Source: Singulisphaera sp. GP187
GTDB lineage: Bacteria; Planctomycetota; Planctomycetia; Gemmatales; Gemmataceae
Direction: 5' to 3'
DNA length: 64,000 bases
Assembly (NCBI GenBank): GCA_945868575.1
Contig: CAMBMH010000003.1
Coordinates: 331 to 64,330, forward strand
In this document: one piece after another, positions 57,522 to 64,000 of the stretch
Position numbering within the stretch: position 1 is the stretch's first letter
How the letters are laid out: the number at the start of each line of letters is the position of its first letter
Position numbers and translations under genes: made by a program
Notes under the pieces: model-generated
The model's input: only the letters and a program-made list of their open reading frames with translations
What the model was told of the DNA's origin: nothing
Database searches by the model: none

Positions 57522-58994
57522 CTACGCCAACACATCCCGAACGACTTTGCCGTGGATATCCGTCAGGCGGAATTGGCGACCCTGATAGCGGAAGGTCAGC
57601 CGCTCATGGTCGATCCCGCAAAGGTGCATGATGGTCGCCTGGTGGTCGTGAACATGGACAGGATCCTTGACGATGTTCCATGCGAAGTCGTCCGTCGCGC
57701 CATGGACATGACCGCCTTTCACGCCCCCGCCCGCCATCCAAAGGCTGAATGCCCGGCCAAAGTGGTCGCGCCCGTTGGGTTTTCCTTCGGGGCCCTGACC
57801 AAATGGGGTCCTGCCGAACTCACCACCCCAGATCACCAGCGTATCATCCAGCATTCCCCGCATTTTCAGATCCTTGACAAGCGCGGCGGAAGGCTGATCG
57901 GTGTCGAGGCATTGCATTTCCAACTGGGTGAACAGATTGGAGTGCTGATCCCATCCAGCATGCATGAGCTGAACAAACCGTGTTCCACGCTCCAACAATC
58001 GGCGGGTAATGAGGCAATGCCGGGCAAAGGACCCCGGTTCATGAACCTGGGGACCATACATGTCCAGGATGTGTTTGGGCTCATCCGAAAAATCGAGCAG
58101 GCCAGGAACGCTCGTCTGCATCCGGAACGCCATTTCATATTGGGAAATGCGGGTGTCGATTTCCGGATCACCGAAGTCCCCCAAATGGGCCCGGTTCAGC
58201 TCGCCAATACCTTCCAGGAGTTTTGCGCGAGATGATCGGCTGACACCTTCGGGATTGTTGAGATAGGGGACCGGATCGCCCGCGCCCCGAAACCGCACAC
58301 CCTGATAACGGGTCGGCAAAAAACCACTACCCCAGTAGTAATCAAAAAAGAGCTGACCGCAGGTTTTGCCCCGATCGGAAGAAGTCATCACCACAAATGA
58401 AGGCAAATCCGTCGTTTCCGAACCAAGCCCATAGGTCAGCCAAGCGCCCATGCTGGGCCTTCCGGGAACCTGTGCCCCAGTCATGAAAAATGTCACACCA
58501 GGCGCATGGTTTACCGCCTCGGTGTTCATTGTCCGAATCAGGGTGATGTCATCGGCGATGGAACCGATGTGGGGCATCATGCTTGTGATTTCCATTCCCG
58601 ACTGGCCATATTTTTTAAATGGCTTGATGGCGGGAACAATTGGATGCTTGGAATAACCGGCGGTCATGGTGGAAAGGCGCGTTTTCCCCCGGACACTTTC
58701 CGGAAGCTCCTGCATCTTCATCTTTTCCATCACCGGTTTAGGATCAAAAAGATCCACATGGGTGGGAGCCCCGCCTTGCCAGAGATAGACCACCCTTTTG
58801 GCCTTGGGTGGAAAATGAGGCAAACCGGATAGCCCTGGCAAACCCGCCGGGGCCGCCTGGGTCTGCGCGCCGCCGCCCATAAGGCTGGCCAACGCGGCTG
58901 CTCCAAGACCCGTGCTGGTTTTCCCCAGGAAATCCCGACGGGCCAAACGGTCAACCTGATTTTGAGCAAACAAATTGGGTGTGAAAAGGTTCAT
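57522..58994 (-). CDS. DUF1501 family protein (Tat-exported)
   Basis: Twin-arginine leader LARRDFLGKTSTGLGAAALA; GRDHFGRAFSLWMAGGGVKGG. Lies 3 nt downstream of the DUF1553 gene. Confidence 0.9.
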   Translation of the reverse strand: MNLFTPNLFAQNQVDRLARRDFLGKTSTGLGAAALASLMGGGAQTQAAPAGLPGLSGLPHFPPKAKRVVYLWQGGAPTHVDLFDPKPVMEKMKMQELPESVRGKTRLSTMTAGYSKHPIVPAIKPFKKYGQSGMEITSMMPHIGSIADDITLIRTMNTEAVNHAPGVTFFMTGAQVPGRPSMGAWLTYGLGSETTDLPSFVVMTSSDRGKTCGQLFFDYYWGSGFLPTRYQGVRFRGAGDPVPYLNNPEGVSRSSRAKLLEGIGELNRAHLGDFGDPEIDTRISQYEMAFRMQTSVPGLLDFSDEPKHILDMYGPQVHEPGSFARHCLITRRLLERGTRFVQLMHAGWDQHSNLFTQLEMQCLDTDQPSAALVKDLKMRGMLDDTLVIWGGEFGRTPFGQGPEGKPNGRDHFGRAFSLWMAGGGVKGGHVHGATDDFAWNIVKDPVHVHDHQATIMHLCGIDHERLTFRYQGRQFRLTDIHGKVVRDVLA

Positions 58995-58997
58995 GTT

Positions 58998-61520
58998 CTA
59001 TTCCCGTGTAAGGGCCTCATCGAGGTTGTAGACAGCCAGGCACATTTCGGTCCATGAGGCCAACTCGACCGGGTCAAGTTTGTCCTCTCTGGGTGCGGCG
59101 CCAATGGAGATCGTTTTCTTTGCAGCGGCTTTGTCACTGGCAAATTCCGCTCGCTGTTGATCCAGAATCCGGAGAAGGACCTTTCGCTCGGGTTCAGTTG
59201 GCTTGCGGGAAAGGACAAGCTCATATATCCGGTCGAGACGGGTGTTGGTATCAGCCTCGGTCTTGATAAGCTTCGCTGCCAGGACCCGTGCCGCCTCATT
59301 CCAGGTGGGATCATTGAGCGTGGTCAATGCGTGAAGTGGAGTGTTGGTCGAACCCGCGCGAACCCGGCAGTTTTGCCTGTTGGACGCATCGAACATATTG
59401 GCTGGGCCAACTGTCCTTCGCCAAAAAGTGTAAAGACTGCGACGATAAAGGTCGTTGCCCATGGAGGCAGGGTAGGTGAAATCACGCTCCTTGGTAATGG
59501 CCAGGGTTTCCCAGATTCCGTCGGGCTGGTAAGGATAAACGGGTTTTCCTCCCACCCTCTCATCCAAAAGTCCGCTTGTGGCCAAAGCCACATCCCTAAG
59601 GATCAATGCGGGGAGACGCACCCGGGGGAATCGGCCGAGATACTTGTTTTCCGGATCGGCCGCGAGCTGCCCTGGGGTGACCTTCGATGTCCTTTTGTAG
59701 GCCGCGCTGGTCAAAAGGAGTTTGTGCATCCTTTTCATGTCCCAGTTCTTTTCGCGGAACTCAACAGCCAGCCAATCAAGCAATTCGGGGTTTTCAGGAA
59801 TATCCCCCTGAACCCCAAAATCCTCGGCGGTTTTCACAAGTCCACGGCCAAAGAGGTTTTGCCAGATACGGTTGATGGCGACACGGGAGGTAAGTGGATG
59901 CTCGGGTGCAACAAGCCATTGGGCCACCCCCAGACGGTTTTTCGGCGCGTCTTTGGGCAACGGTGGGAGGAATGCCGGGGTCGCAAAGCTGACTTTTTCG
60001 CCCGGCTTCAGGTATTCTCCACGGTTCAAAACAAAAGTCTCACGCGGTTTATCATCCGCCATCACCATCACTTTGGGCAACTCATCCGTACGGAACCTGT
60101 TCAGGCGGTTTTGCACATCCTTGAGCTTGTTCCCCAGTGCCAATTCCACCTTCTCCTCAAAATATTTGACTATCGCTGCCTCGCGATCCGCTTTTTTCTT
60201 CTCCTCGGTTTTGGCGTCTTTTTTCTCTTCTTTCTTCTTATCGTCCTTTTTGGGATCTACTTTTGCTTCTTTGGCAAGGATCTGTTCGCGGATTGCCTTG
60301 TCGGCAAATTTGTCATCCAAAACGACCTTCTTCTCCCACTCTTTTCGTTTCTGATCCAACTCCGCGCGAATGGTTCCGATCTCCTTTTCCATCGCCACGA
60401 TCGCTTCTTTTTGTCCATGGAGTGGATATTCAAGAAACGGCGGAGAAACGCGCGTTTTCGAGGATTGGTAACCCGCTGTGCCCGATTCGGAAAGCTGATT
60501 GAATGCCGCCAAAAAGCTGTAATAGTCTTTAGCGGTGATCGGGTCATATTTGTGATCGTGACATTGACTGCAGGCCATGGTCAGCCCCAACCAGTTTGTC
60601 GCCGTCACATCGATTCGGTCGAAATAGATCACATGACGCTGCTCATCGGGGATGGCTCCACCTTCGCCATTGACAAGATGATTGCGGTTGAACGCGCTTG
60701 CCACTTTTTGTTCGGGAGTTGCTTTGGGCAAAAGATCCCCGGCAAGCTGTTCGATGGTGAACCGATCGAAAGGCATGTTGTCGTTGATTGCTTTGACCAC
60801 CCAGTCGCGCCACACCCACTGAAAAGTGTCGCCATCCTGCTGGAATCCGTTGCTGTCGGCATATCGGGCCGCATCAAGCCAGGGAAGCGCCATCCGTTCA
60901 CCGTAATGGGGACTGGCCATCAGGCGGTCCACCAACTTTTCGTAGGCCTTTGGATCCTTGTCGTTTACAAACGCATCTACCTCTTCGGGCTTGGGAGGAA
61001 GGCCAATCAGGTCAAGCGATAAACGGCGAATCAGGGTTCGCTTGTCTGCTTCGGGATTGGGGATGATCCCCTTTTCGGCCATTTTCCTTGCCAAAAAAGC
61101 ATCGATTGGGTGGGTGATTCCCCCAATTTTCGGGACAGGCGGACGCACCGGAGCCACAAAAGCCCAGTGATCCTCAAACCTTGCCCCTTCGGCAATCCAT
61201 CGCTCCAGAAGCGCTTTTTGGTCGGCGGAAAGTTTGCGATTGGACTTGGGCGGCGGCATCAATTTCGAGGCTTCGGCGTGATGGATCCTCTCCACCAGAG
61301 CGCTTTCCCCAGGTTTGCCAGGCACAACAATTCCGCCTGATCTTTGCCCTTCTTTTGTGTCGAGCCGGATGTCGGCCTTACGCTGGTTGGGATCCTGACC
61401 ATGGCAATAAAAGCAGTTTTCGGAAAGAATGGGTCGGATTTCACGCCCATAGGAAATGGGTCGTTGAGCTACAGGCAACAAGATCAAGCCGCTGAGGATT
61501 GCGGCCCCAAGGAAAGTCAT
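58998..61520 (-). CDS. PSCyt1/DUF1549/DUF1553 protein with Lys/Glu-rich insert
   Basis: CFYCHG heme-binding-like motif, HPIDAFLARKM (DUF1549), AINRIWQNLFGRGLV (DUF1553). Insert KKDDKKKEEKKDAKTEEKKKADRE. Confidence 0.9.
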   Translation of the reverse strand: MTFLGAAILSGLILLPVAQRPISYGREIRPILSENCFYCHGQDPNQRKADIRLDTKEGQRSGGIVVPGKPGESALVERIHHAEASKLMPPPKSNRKLSADQKALLERWIAEGARFEDHWAFVAPVRPPVPKIGGITHPIDAFLARKMAEKGIIPNPEADKRTLIRRLSLDLIGLPPKPEEVDAFVNDKDPKAYEKLVDRLMASPHYGERMALPWLDAARYADSNGFQQDGDTFQWVWRDWVVKAINDNMPFDRFTIEQLAGDLLPKATPEQKVASAFNRNHLVNGEGGAIPDEQRHVIYFDRIDVTATNWLGLTMACSQCHDHKYDPITAKDYYSFLAAFNQLSESGTAGYQSSKTRVSPPFLEYPLHGQKEAIVAMEKEIGTIRAELDQKRKEWEKKVVLDDKFADKAIREQILAKEAKVDPKKDDKKKEEKKDAKTEEKKKADREAAIVKYFEEKVELALGNKLKDVQNRLNRFRTDELPKVMVMADDKPRETFVLNRGEYLKPGEKVSFATPAFLPPLPKDAPKNRLGVAQWLVAPEHPLTSRVAINRIWQNLFGRGLVKTAEDFGVQGDIPENPELLDWLAVEFREKNWDMKRMHKLLLTSAAYKRTSKVTPGQLAADPENKYLGRFPRVRLPALILRDVALATSGLLDERVGGKPVYPYQPDGIWETLAITKERDFTYPASMGNDLYRRSLYTFWRRTVGPANMFDASNRQNCRVRAGSTNTPLHALTTLNDPTWNEAARVLAAKLIKTEADTNTRLDRIYELVLSRKPTEPERKVLLRILDQQRAEFASDKAAAKKTISIGAAPREDKLDPVELASWTEMCLAVYNLDEALTRE

Positions 61521-61891
61521 GGGAGGGGCTCCTAAAGGTAGGCCCGAAAGAGAGGCCTAAAAGGAAGGCTAAGTTATTATCGCTCATGGGCACCAAATTG
61601 ACACGGAAAATTCGTGGTTTGAACTCCTCCTTCCTTGGAAAAGACAAATGGGGTAATGCCCTAAAAGGAAGATATCGTGTAACACTTCTCTCCCAAAGTC
61701 GTCATCAGAAGTCAGGTGCCAATCCGGGACCTCTGGGGCGGGTCATTCCATTTGTATGGGGATCCTTTATCACTGGAGCTATCCCATTTTGGAGCGATTC
61801 CGGAAATCTCCTGGGGAAATTCCGCTCCCGGGCAGCCTGCACCTGGTCGGCCTAAAGTAGAATATCCAAGGGAAGAAAAGGAATTAGCCAG

Positions 61892-62578
61892 ATGCTATCT
61901 AACTATCACCAAATGAGTTTTGGAGGCACGACAACCCTCGTTGCACTGATTCCTTGCCTTCTATCGGGTTGTTCCGTGGAGTGGAGGCTGGGTGGTGTGA
62001 GAGGCTCGGGCGAAGTCCAAAAGGAATCCCGGGAGGTTGGCGGATTCAGTAGCATCAACCTCCACTCCCTCGGCAAGGTGGTCATCAAACATGGGGAAAA
62101 AGAATCCCTCACCATCTCGGCAGAGGACAATCTCCTTCCCCTTCTGGTATCGAGGGTAGCCAATGGCACCCTGCATTTGGAAATTTCCAACGGAACAAAC
62201 CTGGGACCAACCAAGCCGATCGAATACATCGTCGAGGTAAAGACACTTGAGGACTTGCATGTTTCCGGAGTGGGTCAGGTGGAGAGTAAGGACCTGAAAT
62301 CCCCAAAGCTTTCGGTTAGCCTTTCGGGCGTTGGCAACATCGATTTGCAGGGTTCTGTCGAGGTTTTGGATTTGAAAGTTTTCGGGGTGGGGAGTTTTCA
62401 GGGGGCGAATCTTCAAACCAAAAAGGCTAAGGTCCGAAATAGTGGGGTTGGAAACGCCATCGTAAATGTGAGCGAACAACTGGATGCCACCGTTTCCGGA
62501 GTGGGAACAATCGAATTCCTTGGCAATCCATCAGTAAATCAATCGGTTTCCGGAATCGGAAAGATCCGGAAGCGATAA
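61892..62578 (+). CDS. DUF2807 / head-GIN-domain lipoprotein
   Basis: Lipobox LLSGC. Repeated xSGxGxh strands (VSGVGQVE, LSGVGNIDL, VFGVGSFQ, NSGVGNAIV, VSGVGTIEF). The start may be ATG 61913 instead. Confidence 0.8.
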   Translation: MLSNYHQMSFGGTTTLVALIPCLLSGCSVEWRLGGVRGSGEVQKESREVGGFSSINLHSLGKVVIKHGEKESLTISAEDNLLPLLVSRVANGTLHLEISNGTNLGPTKPIEYIVEVKTLEDLHVSGVGQVESKDLKSPKLSVSLSGVGNIDLQGSVEVLDLKVFGVGSFQGANLQTKKAKVRNSGVGNAIVNVSEQLDATVSGVGTIEFLGNPSVNQSVSGIGKIRKR

Positions 62579-62869
62579 ACAGTTTTCACCCGATTCGGCT
62601 CCCGGGTACGCCCGCTCCCCGAACCAAAGGGCCTTCAAAGCGGAACTTGTCGTGATGTTCCTAAACGAGTCCAGCAAATTCAATAAGGGCTTTCCAGGTC
62701 AAGAATTCCGGAGATGTTTTGTTCACATTTTCCCAAAATCCCAAAGCCAATCCGGAATAAATTTACTTTGTCAGTTGAATATTTGACATTGTCAATATAA
62801 AAGTATAAATAGAGTAATTTGATCCTAAAGGTTGCCAGTATTTCTGGTGGGCCAGGAGGCTTGCATACC

Positions 62870-63492
62870 ATGAAAATCAAATGGATAATGTTTGTAGTTT
62901 TTTCCGCAATCGTCCTGGGTGGAAATGTTCGGGCGGGGGTGGTGGCGGGAATTATAACTAGCTCTGGCTCAAATACTTCCACCGTAAGTGGCCAGCTATT
63001 GAGTTTCAGCACCACAAGTCTCGGCGGAGCGAAGGTCGCAGGTTTTGGCCTTTATTCTGGAATAGCTGTTACCGGGACTGGCACCCTTACATTTAGTAAT
63101 GCTGGTAATACCGATGTCCATGTTGGAAACATTTCCTTTTCTAGCGCAATTTTGAATGGAGGAAATGTATTTACTAGTTGGAGCTCAGGTAATGGCAACT
63201 TGTTAGCCAGTCAAACATATAGAGTTGATGTTGCTTGGACGGGGAGTGCTCCTAGTGAATTAAACAGGTGGGCCACCGGTTATACTGTAGCGTCTGGGGT
63301 TGCTGATTACTGGTGGCACCTTCAATTAGTGCCGATGGTGGTGTTGCTGCCGTACAAATTTATTACGACACGACTTCGGTGTCCGAACCCGGTACGCTGA
63401 TCCTGACGGGCTCAGCGTTAGCAGTGGGTGCGATTGGCGCATACATCAAGCGTCGCCGCAAGAGTAAGTCACAAGTGGACGCCGCCGATTAA
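62870..63492 (+). pseudogene. PEP-CTERM-anchored secreted protein, frameshifted near 63307-63335
   Basis: ATG 62870 (AGGAGG 10 nt upstream) with signal MKIKWIMFVVFSAIVLGGNVRA and a G/S/T/N-rich body in frame 2, which ends at 63400. The -1 frame, open from 63307, encodes ...ISADGGVAAVQIYYDTTSVSEPGTLILTGSALAVGAIGAYIKRRRKSKSQVDAAD*: a PEP motif + TM + basic cluster, i.e. a PEP-CTERM sorting signal. Confidence 0.7.
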
Positions 63493-63700
63493 ATGTTGAA
63501 AGCAAATGGAAACAACGAAAACACCCTGCAAATTGCTGTGCTTTTTTGCAAAGTCGGGAAGTTATTTGTAATCTTTGAATCCAATTTGGATAAATTTTTT
63601 AATTGTATTTTTTATTATTATAATTTATATAAAAATAAAAATAGTATTATTAAAATTTAAATTTTCAAAATTTACCATTATCTCCAGAGGTCTGTGTTCC

Positions 63701-63814
63701 ATGAAAACGAGACTTGTAATGTTGTTGGCCATTACCTCCTTGGTTGTGGGGGGAAAATGTAAAAGCCGATGTCGTAACAAACGCATCATTGGGGGAAGCG
63801 GGTATGCCAATTAG
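63701..63814 (+). CDS. Tiny ORF: signal-peptide-like N-terminus + Cys/Lys/Arg-rich tail (37 aa)
   Basis: MKTRLVMLLAITSLVVGGKCKSRCRNKRIIGGSGYAN, with AGAGG upstream. Lies inside an extremely AT-rich stretch. May be a remnant of a PEP-CTERM paralogue N-terminus. Confidence 0.25.
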   Translation: MKTRLVMLLAITSLVVGGKCKSRCRNKRIIGGSGYAN

Positions 63815-64000
63815 TTTCACTGGATGGTTTTTTGATTTAAAATAGCCTCTACTTCAAATGTTATTCTTAATTCAATTTAATTAAAATCGCCACTAAGCTC
63901 AGTTTATATTATATACTTTAAAAATGGTTATTTTTTTAGCAATTCATATAGTATTGTATTTGTTTTTTTTGAGTGAATTAAATTATTTAATTATACCATA

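Noticed and set aside
1-64000. Search by eye for CRISPR arrays, tRNA/rRNA genes, IS elements, integrases and prophage genes.
   Set aside because: No regularly spaced direct repeats, no cloverleaf-like or rRNA-like segments in the intergenic regions, and no transposase or integrase motifs among the ORFs. A tRNAscan/Infernal/ISfinder run would be needed for certainty.

Overview
This is a 64-kb chromosomal segment. From gene content I infer a Planctomycetota-type genome: two PSCyt/DUF1549/DUF1553 + Tat-DUF1501 cassettes, four Cys-type sulfatases plus a formylglycine-generating enzyme, an SHD1-like domain, Tat-signal xylose-isomerase-like proteins and ECF sigma factors. I call about 45 protein-coding genes. 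Firm housekeeping calls are guaA, proC, uvrB, argA, trxB and aroB. I recognised no rRNA, tRNA, CRISPR array, transposase or integrase. One gene at the left edge (SHD1/YHYH/EF-hand protein, 1..1772 minus) is missing from the supplied ORF track because it runs off the window; I found it by hand translation. The most interesting items are: (1) an isolated, translationally coupled ABC/AAA_21-type ATPase + DUF4276 (Toprim-like?) pair at 23997..25875, resembling OLD/Gabija/PARIS-type defence modules, with its ATPase interrupted by an in-frame TAA. (2) A 2177-aa secreted orphan protein (46837..53370) with a central Gly/Ala/Pro/Met-rich linker. (3) A tightly overlapping ECF sigma / anti-sigma / secreted-protein operon at the left edge. 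(4) A divergent sigma-like gene upstream of an 875-aa PPC-like secreted protein. (5) Four independently disrupted genes (two frameshifts, two in-frame TAA stops). (6) Visibly AT-rich islands near the right end carrying a DUF4345-like gene, a PEP-CTERM protein and a tiny Cys/Lys/Arg-rich signal-peptide ORF. All family assignments come from motif recognition by eye; no searches were run.
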